A DNA stretch of 64,000 nt, from assembly GCA_035084275.1 (NCBI GenBank), contig CM068755.1:8556001-8620000 (forward strand), given 5' to 3'. Within the stretch, counting starts at the first letter, position 1. Each line of letters begins with the position of its first letter. A model generated the notes under the pieces. That model did no database searches. It worked only from the letters and a program-made list of their open reading frames with translations, and had not been told where the DNA came from. The stretch is from Hydrolagus colliei (lineage: Eukaryota). Shown one piece after another: positions 38,130 through 51,763 of this stretch. The position numbers and the translations under genes were made by a program.

Positions 38130-38725
38130 ATATGAACTTTGCTCCGATGCTCTAATCCTTATAAAACACTGGCTGGCCTCAGTTAGAGTGCTGTATTCAC
38201 TTCTGGGCACCACACTTTAGGATGGATGTCAAGGCATCGGAATGGGTGCAAAGGGGATTTGCCAGGATGGTTCCAGGAATGAGGGTCTTCAATTATCAAG
38301 AGAGGCTAGAGAAGCTAGGATTATTCTTGGAGCAGAAAAGGTTAAGAGGAGATTTAATAGAAATTTTCAAAATGATGAGGGAATTCGAGAGGGTGAGCAA
38401 GGAGAAACTAGTTCCACTGGTAAGTGGGTCGGTAACCCGAGGACACAGATTTAAAATAGATTTTAAAAGAAACAAAGGTGAGGTGCGGTGACATTTTTTC
38501 ACATAGCGATCCAGCGAGTTTGGATCTGGAATGCATTGTCTGAAAGTGGGGGTGCAAACCAATTCGATAACAACTTTTAAGAGAGGAAACAGTTATTTGG
38601 GGAGGACAGGTTTGCAAGGCTATGGGGAGAGCGCAAGGGAGTAGGATTGAGTTGGACAGCTCTTTTCCAAGAGCTGGCACAGATACAATGGGCTGAATGG
38701 CCTCCTTCTATGCTCTATGATTCTA
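38130..38725 (+). mobile_element. CR1 LINE 3' fragment (ORF2 C-terminus and 3' UTR)
   Basis: ORF 38222-38491 (VQRGFARMVPGMR..YQERLEKLGLF..KRLRGDLIEIFKMM..VTRGHRFK) is a typical CR1 RT C-terminus. It ends in GAATGGCCTCCTTCT..ATGATTCTA. Confidence 0.92.
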
Positions 38726-39323
38726 ATCTGTTCCCAGATTCCTGTGGCTATGACTGTTCAGCTAGTCTGTGAGAGAAGACCAAGCTAAACAAATCTGTGG
38801 TAACTCTTTGAGAATTTTGCCATTTCCCCTTCTCCAGGGGGGAACTGCCAAAGTTCGAGCTTCTGTTCACACTTGATCTCAAGGTTCAGGGTAAAACCTC
38901 CCCGAGTGTGGATAACTTGGTCGGATAGCGTCACTTGGTGTTGGTGATTGCCGTAGTTTTGGAAGTGAACAATTCGCTCTCTGTGCGAAACACTAACACT
39001 GCTGGCAATACAAAAAGAAAATCAGAACCCTGGAATTTTAAAGTAAATCGCAAGTTTTGGAAACTAACCTGACCTAATTTTGGAGGTCAGGCAACATCCA
39101 AAATACTAAGATGGTAAAGGTTCAGAGCTTCAAAGGGTGGGCTGTCAGAACCTTTTGATGTCAGTGATATGGTGTGCATGTGACAAGTGATGTTAAGATG
39201 ACCTTACGAATTTGAAGTTGGCGTTTTGCTAGCTTGTCACAGCCAGAAGTTGGATGTACTGTGTTTCTAGTTACTGCAACTCGCAGATTCAACTCGCTGT
39301 GCTATACCTAGAAGCTACAGTGA

Positions 39324-39503
<180 letters not shown>

Positions 39504-42500
39504 TAACCAGTTTTGCTTGTGTGTAGCTGATATTTGGCAGGATAAGAAACATGAATTCCTCGTATTGAGAAGGTGGTATGCTTTTAAATGAGCATTATAG
39601 CATTATGTTGAAAGAAGGTGTGTCTTCAGAGTATATTGTAGTCTTCTTCCTTTCTCTTATAAGGGCTGAATTTCATTCGTCTAAAGTGCCCTTGCCCACG
39701 AACACTATCCAGGAGGAACTGGATAATGATCGGGAGCAGAAAACCACTGCTTATTTTCCATTACTTTTCCTAGTTTGGGTGTTGAGGGTCAATTGTAGCT
39801 AGGGCTAGGCAGCACTTCCGATTGCAGCAGCATTCAGGAATTCATAGAATCTTACGGCACAAAAGGAGGGCATTCGGCCCATCGAGTCTGCCAGCTCTTT
39901 GAAAAGAGCAATTCAATGCCACTTCCCAGCTCTCTCATAACCGCGCACACCCGTCCTCCCCAAATAAATGTCTACCTCTCTTTTGTAAGTTGTTTAAAGT
40001 TTGGTCCAAATTGTTTAGTGCAGAGCCTCAATCCACTGGACCGTTAGGTTGAGTGAGCTCTAACTCCAAAGGAATTTCACATTTGAGTGTGCATTCATTT
40101 TAATAATTTTCTGTACAGCACAAGCTGAACTATATACACTGTCCTGATTAGACCTCACACCTCACCTAGTGTACTGCATATAGTTCTGGTAACCATGATG
40201 AGAGGGCTGCTCAGGCCTTGAAGGCAGTACAGAGGTCTCCATTGTTAGTGGAATGAGCAATGATTAGACAAGCTTAGGCTCTTCAAACTTCACAGAAGAC
40301 GATTCAGAGGGGACCTCATTGTGATGCTTAACATTTTAAAATGAATTAAAAAGTAAAGAGGACATTGAGTTGCAATGGGAAATTTCAGGATAGATATAAG
40401 GAAGTTTCTCCTCCCCAACTGAAACACATTGCCTGGAAGCCCAGTTGAGGCTGGGATACAGGACTCATAAATGGGAAGATAGTGGGATGGGCGTTCTGGA
40501 GGGATGAGACCAGAAGCACCAGAGACTCTTCTTCAACTGAACTAATTTAATGATCTTGCAACCTGCCTTGTGATAATGTGTTATGAGACTGTCTCGCATT
40601 TCTTGGTTAGATGTATACTGACTTGCATGATGACATAGCCTGTCGTGCATCTTTAACAAGGTCACACGGCTGTGCGTTTTTGTTGTTCAATCTCTGCTAA
40701 TGCTGCTGTAATGGGCAGTTGGATAGTGTGGGAGGCTTGTGCAACCTCGCCATTCCTCTCCCAATCCAGTTGCAAATGTGATTGAATGATGTTTGTTGAA
40801 TTGTGTGTGCATATAAAAAAAAAACACAAAACTCCTCCTTTATAAATGATATTAACTTTCACAGAAGCTTAGCACTAATTCATTGCAAGTTTCTTGTGAT
40901 GCAGCTCATAGCATATGTGTCCGATTGAACTTGAGTGATTCAGAGAATGAAGTAAACAAATTCTATGTATTCACAATTGAGCATTTGCCTTAGGGGTATA
41001 AAGCTAATTAGTTGTGCGGATCCTGCCTTCAGAGCAGTAATTCAATGATAAAAAATGTACACGCAGGGAAGAGTTTAATGCACAAGCAAATTGTGCATTG
41101 TGCATGTAGGCACCTGGAGTATTTTGAGTTGGTATTTTATTTCCCAACGGTTGACAGTAAAATGTTTCACTCTGTGTGTTCCAAAGATGTCTACGATGCA
41201 GAGCTTCCATTAACTAGGAATTCAGGGTCACGGGATTCCCAGTTTGAATCAAACGCTTTAAAATTTAACAAAGTGGCTGAGTACTAGTCCAGGCTCTTCC
41301 TTTTGATATGCCTCTCTGCGTCCCATTTTTGCAACGTTGCTAAAATCTTGTTTAAATGTAACTGTGGAAGGTAGCAGCACAAATGTGCTTAAATGGAAGT
41401 TTGTTGTTGTTGTTGTTGTTTATTTTCCTATTGCACTTGCACAGGGATGTTGTGATTGACAACCATAATATCTATCCTATCCATCTTAGTTCAGAATTGA
41501 AAATTGTGAAAAAGGTATTTATAAAAATATGATTTGCTAAGCATTTGCATTACAGCATTTTCTTGCAGTTATTATACAGCATGTCGAGACTGAACATTAT
41601 AAAGCACCTTAGTCCACTATGATATAATCCAGCTCCCTTGTTGGAAATAGTGTACCTCTGGAGAAAGCAATAGCGTCTCGGTGCTTATGTCGTTTGTACT
41701 TTAGCAGAATGCATTTAGTAATAATGCCTCTGGCAGTGATTCATACTTAAGTGTACAATGAACGCAAAGACCAATTGTGTTCCTTTTACCACATGCCTTC
41801 GCAAAATAATGCATACCTTCCGAACGGTTAATTGTTAAGCATTCTACTCGCTCTGAACTTCTGAATCTTTCATTTAATCTTCCATTAAAGATGTTAGACG
41901 TTGTAAAGTTTTGACTAAGGAGACCTAGAAACGTTCACTGCCGCTGCAGCTGAATCTCTGAATGGTTCACAAGACCCGTAGGTGCAGAGGAATAATGTGC
42001 ATTGAGAATAAACCAAGCCACTAATCACAGCAGGGCTGTATTGCTGCATGAAATGTACTGTAGGTGGAATTATTTTGCTCTTTGGATTCAGTTTTTTTTT
42101 CGTGTTTGCAGAATTTGAAATTATCCTAGTTCTTGACAAGATGCACAGCATGCCTTAAATGTTAAATTTAAAAAAAAGGCTCATTAACAAACTGGTTGTA
42201 AGCATGGGCAATTTATTTGGCTAAAATGTATGTTGACGTGGTGCTCTACTGAAGAAAAAATGATTTTAATTAATACAAATTGCAAACTTTTAAATTTAAG
42301 AAACATTTTTTCATTAATTCAGATCACACTTCAAAATGAGAGATGACAAACATTAGCAATAAATTCTTCCTAGTCTTTTCCTCACTGTTGTGCCCAGCGG
42401 TCCATGCAGTTTCATTAAAATCAAAATAACATTGCCATTGTTAATATTTGAATTTTTCACGTCCTGTTTTAAAAAGTTGCACATAAAATAAACTTGTCTT

Positions 42501-43859
42501 TCAGTACCTAAGATGTCTTCCTCTGCCTTATTGCTGCTGAGAAGCCTTTATTGTTGCGCGTGTGTTTTAAAATGCGATTAAAGATCAGGTCATGGACTTC
42601 AAAGTCCCTGCCAGAAGCATCTGAGGTTTATAATATTTTGTGGCTTTAGGTTTAAGACCATTCTCTTCAAATTTAAGATATTGATATTGGAAAATTCTTA
42701 AATTCAATCTAAATTGGAACTGTGTTTTACAATTCTTAAGAACTGTGTAGCACTGGCTCTCGAATGTGATTAAGTTAATTTTTCCTCAAATTTGGAACCA
42801 TTTTAAATGTTAAGATAGTGGTCTTAAATTCTATTTTATTTGTTCTTCAAGTTAAGATCATAAGGCATAAGGCTTCTGTTCCTTAAAAGAAGGATTCTGG
42901 TTTGTTGCTTTTGATAAACCACCAGGAGTTCCAAGTTTCTCTCCTCTGTGAGACTCCAATTGGTGACTGTGAGAGTGTAGCTGACATTAGCAACTCTTGT
43001 CACATTCTGAATCAGTACTACAATGAAGGTTGTCCTTTCAAGGCCTTGAACAATCGATTTTTTTTGTTGTTGTTTCTTCTCCAACTTCTATACCTAATAA
43101 AGAGAGTGGATACTTTGGGTGGAATGAAGATCCAAGTGCAAGATTTCATCAACATACTAGAGAGACATTTCTGAATGTACCTGTCAATCATACAAACATT
43201 CTCTGCATAGATCAAAATTGTTTCTTATTCTCCAGGCAAGCTGAAAAGAGATTGATTTAATAAATCAATATATAATTGACTCCAAAGTGAGAGGGAGTTT
43301 TTTTTTGTAATAACCCTAAACTCTTGTCTGTAGTTTCTGTGGTGGTAGTTGACCTCTCCTCTAAAAGGTTACCTACCTAAAAGGCCACTGGCCGTTTCAA
43401 GCAGATTTATTGATCTCGAAGAGGATTTGATCTTGCCCAATTGATCTCGTGGATAATAATTGCATTCTAATGAATGGAAATGGTTTTGCACGTGGATGCT
43501 AATCAATCTCAAGTGGGATTTGATTTTATGAGAAAGAATCTTGCATTGGCAGCATTGCATATCCTGTTTTCCAGTGTCCTAATAATAATAATAATAATCC
43601 TTCAAGTGAATTTTTTCACTAAATGATGATGCTTGTTTTAAATTGATTGAGTCTATTTGTATCATTGTCCATTGTAGATATTAAAGACATATTTGTGCAG
43701 ATGTACAGTATATTGGCTGTTGGATGGGGGGGTCTAAAAACACAGGTGTAGGGTGAGATTTTCAAAACCTTGAATAAGGTAAACAAAAAAGCTTTTCCAC
43801 TGCTCAGCAAGACATTAATAAATGGGTTAATTTACATTATTTTTAATACAGGATCATCC

Positions 43860-44372
43860 AAATATGGAGAATGTTACTACAAATGTTGGTTGAAGTTTGA
43901 CGTAACACTTAAATGGGCATTGGCTGAATTTCTAAGGGAAATTAATGGAAATAGATTCAATAACCTCATTGGTAGACCAAGCACCAGCACAGAGACAATG
44001 GCCCGAATGGCTTACTTCTGTAATGTAAACTTTCTGATTCTATGAGAATAAGTCCCATGTGATTAATGTTTAGTAGTACATCGTAAAATTAAGGGTCAGC
44101 CTTTTAGAACAGAGTTGAGAAAACATTTCTTCACTCAGAGGGTAGTGAATTTATGGAATTCACTACCTACCCCAGAAGGCTGTAGATGCTCAGTCCTTGA
44201 ACATTTTCAAGGCTGAGACTGATAGATTTTTGAAAAATAGAGGGATTAGGGGATATGGGGATAGGGCAAGTAATCAAAGTTAGATGAGAAGATCAGCCAT
44301 GATCTTGTTGAATGGCGGAGCAGGCTCGAAGGGCCGAATGGCCTACTCATGCTCCTAATTCTTATGTTCTTA
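43860..44372 (+). mobile_element. Two tandem CR1 3' fragments
   Basis: TTCTTCACTCAGAGGGTAGTGAATTTATGGAATTC..GAATGGCGGAGCAGGCTCGAAGGGCCGAATGGCCTACTC. A degenerate copy ends at about 44045. Confidence 0.85.
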
Positions 44373-47300
44373 TCATGTTCAGGATGAAAAATCTTGAATG
44401 AACAGCCAAATCGCTTTGTAAGACCGACAGCTAAAAATCTGTAATCATGAAAAGGAAAATTGACTTTTTTGTGGGGATTCTACATTGATGGCGTGTACTG
44501 TTAGTGTATGTTGGTGATCCCTGCAGCATTTTAGGAACATCTAAACACCATGATTTGAGCTACTTCCTTCTTGTGATTTAGTACAAAACGTTGTGTTGTC
44601 AGACCACAAGTTCTTTTGTTTTCCACTTGCATCGACCATCAGGTTCCCAGTACAGTTTGATTAGAGAGCAGACTCAGTTAAATGCTGTTAATCATTTTGA
44701 TTTTCCTCAGCCCAGAACCCCCCGACCTATGTTTAGAAAATGAAAACTTTGATTTAAATATAAATTTATAAGCAAGATGATTTCAGTTTTGCAAAAACAT
44801 GGAATCTGAAAAATGCAAAATTCCACAATAATTTCATACTTCCATGCTGATTTCTTTGATTCTTCAATATTTCTAGAAAAAAATATGTCTATAATCTGAA
44901 AGCAATGCAAAATGACTAACTCTGTTTTCACTGGGGTGATGGTTTGGTGGTCATGGGCTGTTTATCAAAAGTGTTGCACTGAATGGGAACAAAGAATTAA
45001 TTTTATCCCACACGCCCTCCCCTATGGATACATGTTAAGGTTGAGGTAGTAGTACATATTTTAGAGGGTGACCTAAAGAGTAACAAGTTCATATGCTGTA
45101 TAGCCCATGTCCTGGAAGAAATTTATTGTGTAATTTATCCACATTTATTGCCTGTGTAAATGCAAACCTTTGGGGTTTCAGGCGTCTCTTTCCCCCTTGC
45201 TGACTTTTCACCTCATTCCATTTCTAAAGCTTCAGTTGTGTTTCTAATTAATTTATTTTCTCAATTCTTTTCCTTCCGGCATTGTAAAAATTATTGATTT
45301 TTAGCAATGATAATTTATTTGTGTTTGATTGCTAAAAAATTAATATTGAGGTTCACAGACTTTCGTCACATTCAGGCAAGCCTATTCATAAGCTATTTGT
45401 CATCGTGAGTTACAGCACACAGCACCACCCTTGAGTATGCTCTGTGCAGAACGCATTAGTACAGTCTGAGCTGGGAATGTGGATCAAGGGCTTAGATAGT
45501 TTCAAATACAAAATAGCATAAGCTGGGTCTGCAGAAATGAGCAGTTCTGAGACTGGTTGTGGTGGGCTGTGTGACACCACAGAGAACTGTGAACATATCC
45601 AGTTGAGTTAATTTCTTTACTCCACCCTGATTGACTTGAGCAAACGACTTGTGTTCTAACATCTGAAATTACACTCATTGAGGGACATGTTAATTTCCCC
45701 ATCACTTTGGGTATTTAGTGACCAAAACAGCAGGTGTGTGTGTTGCTGTTGAGTGGTTGAGTATGGGGATTGGATTCATTTGCTGGGGCAAAGGCTGAGC
45801 TTAGCAAATTATTATGCCTTCCATCTATTTAAAATATATATGTAATATATATGTGAAATCAGTTTGCAGAGGTTACTTGGGTCCACAACTATCTTCTGAG
45901 TGACTGTTTGTACGCAGTTGGGATTCTGTAAATGTCTTGCTACCCTACTACCTTTTTAAAATAAATCCCACCAGATTGACAGACTTTTTGATACTGTAAT
46001 ATCTGGCCTGGCTTTTAACTCTCCGAGAGCCATGTTCACAAATTGATGCTCTGCTCCTTTGGGGCCCCCGCAAAAACATTAAATCGTCCTGAAATATTCA
46101 TATGTGAGTGCATTTAGCTGAGAGCAATTGATGTGCTGCTCCCTGGAGGCCATGAGGGAACCGTGCCAGGCCTCTCACTCCATCAGACACCCTAAGTGCT
46201 CATCTTAAGAGTAATTACATGGTCCCCCTGATCAAAGTGTAGAAAATCCTCTTAGATTGGGGAGGATGAGGATCTGGCATAGTATACATTTGATGTTCTT
46301 GAAATCTGCTTTCATTTTAAATACGTATAATGAATATATGTAAATGTCTTGATCAATGTGTTTGTTGAACTGTGGTACAGTATAACCAATGTTTGTTTTA
46401 TCTGTATCTGCTGTAAGTGTAGTTGGTATTTTTTTGCTTCTTTCTTTCAATCTTCAGCTTTGGAATTTACAAGGCATGTTTGCATTGTTTGGTGAAGGGA
46501 ACAACTGCTTTTGCATAAGATAAATGTGTTTAATTTGTGTTACATTTGTGCTACAGCAGAAATTGCCCCCCCTCTATTCTCTTTGCTGCTCTATTCATGG
46601 CCTAGTCTTGTGCTACCATTCCCCAGTCCAATATAACACTTAAAAGCATTTTACATTGGTGGCTCTCTCCCTGACTTCAAAAACCTAAATGTGTAGCTCT
46701 TGAACTAAACCTTTTGTCAAAACGTTTCAAAATCACTCGTTGTCCAGCCTGGTGTCCTCCACTACATTTGTGGAGAACTTTGGGACATTCTTTTATAAAT
46801 GCAAGTTGGTGCAATGGCCCTTTCTGGTGATGTGAATGTTTGGATCTTGTGTGAGGACACTGTCAGGCTGAATCTCAGTTCTGGCTGCCCAACTAGAAGT
46901 GGATTGAATTTTCATTAACAACAAAAGCCAGCATTTACATTTTCCACAACTATCCACTTAACCAAAGCATATGTTTTGTGAATGCGGTTTCATGTAAACA
47001 GTATTTTGGACAGGATGGCTAACTTTACTTTACAAAGAATTTGATTTAACCACATCACTTTGTTCATTTTCTTTCAGTGAATGACACCTGTTAATATACT
47101 AGTTTTGCACTCTAAACAGGGTCAGTTATAAGAACCCCAAAATACTGTAATACAGTGAAACTTTTCATTCACATCATTTGGAGAACTATGATTTCAGGAA
47201 CAGTTGGAAGTATGTTTTACAAGTCTTGTCATACATTTTATCTGCCTATGAAGCATTTGAAAACCTATATTAAAAATCTGCTGACATATTTTGTGATTTT

Positions 47301-48439
47301 GAAATTTTGCCTTCAGTTATGGCATTGATTTTGTGAAAAATAGTGACCAGGATAGATGGATGGAAGATAGTGACATGGTTGTCTGGGGTGCATTAGGGCC
47401 TCAGTGTACCAATGCTCAAACACCTTTGTTTTTCTGCTTTTTTCGCCCCCTCCACCACCCGCTCAAACATTTATTCCTGATGCACATTGTGTCCACTTGA
47501 TAAAGGTTTCTCTGCAACCCTAGATTCACTGCCCGAAGTTGTTCACTTTGTTGCCTTGCCTAAGCAATAAATCCCACGAGTGGAGACAGACCACTTTGAA
47601 TCATGGTCAGCTCAGATATTCGGATCTGTGAAATCTTTTATTTTTCTATTTCAAGACAAGAGCTCACCTACCTCGAGTTGTACTTTTACAATATGAATAT
47701 GGAAATATTGTGGTGTTATCTACAATAACCATTCTGTCTTGTCTGCGTTTTATCTAGTTCCTCTGTGATCCCTGGAGGCACTCCTGTATTATCATATAAT
47801 TAAATCACAACAATCTCAAGTAATAATTAACAAACCTTATTTGATCTCTCTATAAAATTATATTAAACATTTAGTTTACAATATAATCTTTTTCTTTACT
47901 TAACATCCTGTGAGCTTTAAAGTACGTAGTTATGATTCAGGTAATTGTATCAAAGTACAACATAACTAGCCATGGTATCTATCCTCCAAAGAGAATTGTT
48001 CTGGATGTATGTTTGTATAATGCAAACAGTCGCGCTGTTACTGTTAGAATCCTTGTGGCCCAAGGTGAGTAAACTGGACTACAGTAATGAGGTTCTTTTC
48101 AGTGGAGAAAATATGAGCACATTCATTGGTTTTATTAACTTTCAAAGACGAAGATATGAACCTCAGTCAACCACTGTATTGCATTGAATATTACATTCTC
48201 CTGATCAGCACACATACGAACTTTAATTTATTGTTTGGTCATACCTTTAACCGGAATGATTCTCCAAGGAATTACTTTCCGACAAAAGCATTTTCACTTC
48301 TTTAATGTTTCTCTGAGAGAGAGGGAGCAAGCTGACCGATGAATAATGTGAATGCATTGCAGTCGATTTTAATATATCATATCCTATTGCTTATTTTTTG
48401 ATTGACAGCAGGAAATTAATTAAAACCTTTTGTGCATTG

Positions 48440-48830
48440 CACATTCCAGCAGAGCTACCATCTTGTGCTCCTCCAGTATCCCAGTAGATTAACTTAAGAT
48501 CCGTCTCCTGACCTTCAAATGCATTTACGGTCCTGCCCCTCAATATTTCTCCCTCTATTCTCTGCTCTTTAGATACTAATCTATTTGTTCCTCATTCCCT
48601 CTGCCCTACCGTCAGTGGCGAGTCTGCAACCATCAAGCCCTTCTTCTCAAATTCCCTTTGTCTTGTGCCTTCTCTTCCTGCCAATCAAAACTTTTTAAAT
48701 CTTTTTGACTGTATGCTTGGTGCACAGTACTTTTTCCTACATCTCCTTGTGAACTGCGAAGGTCCTTCCTTTTGACTCTGTGAAATGTTTTCAAATCATT
48801 TATATTGCAAGTTGTGCCATGTAGAAATGT
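48440..48830 (+). mobile_element. Degenerate L2 3' fragment just upstream of ETFA exon 10
   Basis: Eroded L2 ORF2-end-like sequence (..CCCAGTAGATTAACTTAAGATCC..CTGACCTTCAAA..) and a tail-like TGTGAAATGTTTT..TTTATATTGCAAGTTGT. Confidence 0.55.
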
Positions 48831-48874
48831 GTTTGCTTTGATGATCAGGGTGTTTTTATTTAATTTGTTCCCAG

Positions 48875-48940
48875 GAACTCTACATTGCTGTTGGCATTTC
48901 GGGAGCGATACAACACCTAGCGGGCATGAAAGACAGCAAG
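48875..48940 (+). CDS. ETFA: ETFA exon 10
   Basis: [22 protein letters not shown] (ETF-alpha signature). 66 nt, AG/GT. Confidence 0.98.
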
Positions 48941-51609
48941 GTAACTTAACTAGATTGTGGGTTTTGAAATGCATTTTTCAGGTGTCATGTTTGGGGGCAT
49001 TGTCACTGCCGAGATCCTCGTAAAAGTAAAGAGGTGGCTTAACTTTCCCTTTCTCCACCCCAGACCCCTTCCCATTTTTTCTGTTGCCAGTGTGCTTTTT
49101 TTGTGCATACTGAGCAATAGTGATATTACTTAGAAACTTACTGGGAGGAATTACCTTTGGTCAATGGTGCAGATTGAATAATTAACTGAAGATACTTCAG
49201 GTACTGTTTCAATTCTCACTAATAATTTAGCTGTTAGGTACGTCGGGATCTGGTTGGTGAGAGTTAGTAATTCTTCCCAGCTCGTGGGTTTTGTTCAAAC
49301 TTCCCCCAATTTCTTTTGCATTTCTGAGGCTTATTGATGCTGACAATAATCCTTTCCCTTTCTACTCAGCAAAGTGATCTTTATTTATGTGTGCACCTTG
49401 ATGGTGAGTGTTCCAATGCTATTTTGAGAGCAGTGGACATCACAGCTAAGTCTGATCCTTACACAACATTTACACATGTGGATCTCTTGGAGGGTTAGTG
49501 GTGGTGGGTGGGGAGACTGGAGCGAAGGAGAATAGGAGATGGATGGTGATCAAAGAGGGAGCTCTGACTGATTTTTGTCTTCTCATTTATCCAGATTTTT
49601 GTTTTTATGCCCTTTAATGTTGCCCAGATCAATCAAGGCACCATAGACTATTAGTCAAGGCACCATAGAATTCAAACCTGTGAACATTTGATCTACATTG
49701 TTTATTGCTGCAATCAGTAATGCCTTTGCCAATCCCCCAAACTTATTTATATATTTCAAAACAAACATTTTCCCCAAGTGTTCACATTGGTTTTTTTCTC
49801 CTTCCCATTGTGTGGTTTATGTACAATTTCTTTCAGCTTCCTGTTTCATATGACCACAAGTGTCTCTGCATTCCAAACAATGTTGCATTATTAATACACT
49901 CTCTCTTCACTGGATAATGAATTTATCTGAATCTCATCTGATGACTTCACGTTCCAAGTAGGGCTTCCAGTTTTCACATTAAAATTGAATTTATTCAACA
50001 GTTTAGAGATCTGTCACATTAATTCAGACCTAACAGAGAACAACATAAATTATACACTGAGTCTACCACATAATAAAAGTATTTCCTACCCACTTGAGCC
50101 CATTAGCACACTTGTACAGAAAGGTACTAAAATCAGCTTTAAGTCTGTTAACTCATTATTAATAGAGGTTCCGGGGTGTCTCACAAAAAAAAGAATAAAA
50201 TAGTATTTTTTGTTAGGGCTCAACACTTGTTTAAAAGTTGAAAGACTGATCTTCTGGAGGTCTGAACTCGGTGCTGCGATTTGAAATGTTTAGCAGAAGC
50301 TGTGCTTCTGCTTGCTGAGGATGAATATTGCAAGTAGTGGTTTAATAGATTTTTTTTTAAAAAAGTGCCGAAACACTGACTGTTAAGGGATGGAAGAACT
50401 TTTGATTATGGGGGAGAAAAATACTCTAGAGGCTCCTGGTTGCCATCCAGAGACCCCTGCTGCAAAGTGTGTACAGAGTGAGAGCAGGAATGAGCTACAT
50501 TCTTTTTCCCCTATTTTGACTACCCATCTTGACACTTATTGGCAAGGCTCACACTAGAATAATGGACACTTGTGCAAAATACCAGAGGACAGTCAGAGCC
50601 TGTGGACCTGTACTGTAGCATGTGTTGCCACAGTTAGGCGAGGTTAGGTGGAGGGCAGAATATTGGCCCCAAATTTGCATTCAGTCAACAATGTGCAAAT
50701 ATCAATTCAAACCTTCGACAACCAACAAAATAATCCTGGGGAAAGTGAGAAGTTCTTAGTAAACACAGGAAACTCGCCGTTTGGTGGTTCGCCCCCCCTA
50801 AAATCTTCAATGCAACAAAAACTACAGACTTCTCCGTACAAAATGGGAGCTAACAGGTGTAATGTGAGCACCGGTTATAGTGGGGAAAAAGTTGAATTTT
50901 CCAACTTATAGTTAGAACAGCCAATAAATGCTTTTTTGGGGGATTCAGTAATTCGCTGGGTATGATTCTCACAACGTAGAGAAATAATGTCACAAATCAG
51001 GAGCAATGTCAGCTCAGCTTAGGTGGTTGTCGTCCCACATTGTCAGTCGTAACGTTATAGATTCAAGATCCAAGACCGGTGTTCACAGACCAACGTCTGC
51101 ACTCCACTGTCCTTCGGATAAGACTTAAATCAACATGTTGTCAGCGTTTTCAGATGGAGGTTAATCGTACTCGTGGAAAAGAGAGGAGTGTTTTCTACTC
51201 CTGTCTCATGGACAGAATTCTTCAAAATTCCTCCCATGTTTTTGCTGGTGAATGTTGTCAGCTCCCTTGTGAAAGGACAAGCTAAGCTTGCTGGGAACAA
51301 TTCATAAATGGGGGTGTTCAGAGGAGATGTTAGCATGGGCTCGGGAGTAGCTTTCTTCAGCAGCTAACTTTCAACTTTGGGGTTCTGAAAAGAAGAGTGT
51401 GAAGAAAAATAATTGTCTTTTTTTCAAATAGCAAGGTTTGAAAATGATATTTCCTGAGGTCTTCCTCAGGATCAGATTGTTATCAGGTCAAATCTAGCAT
51501 GTGTTTTTTAAAAATTGCACAAATAGTATTTTATATTATACAGTATTTTTTAAATATATATGTTTAAAAATAATCCCTTTTTAAAAAAAATTGGTGATTT
51601 CAATCCAAG

Positions 51610-51763
51610 ACTTTGTGGGACACTGCTTGTAATTGACGAAATTGACTGCCATGTTTCACCCACAAATATACAGTCAATTCACTTTACAGTATATTCTGTG
51701 AAGCGCTTTGAGACGTCTAGAAGACGTGAAAAGCGCTATATCAAATGTAAGGATTATTATTAT
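51610..51763 (+). mobile_element. SINE Deu core plus tail (further degenerate copies at about 33050-33290, 54430-54620, 55705-55950, 62480-62543, 62795-62890)
   Basis: TTTGTGGGACACTGCT..GAAGCGCTTTGAGACGTCTAGAAGACGTGAAAAGCGCTATATCAAATG. Confidence 0.88.

Noticed and set aside
38222-38491. 89-aa ORF as a possible nested gene
   Set aside because: CR1 reverse-transcriptase C-terminal remnant.
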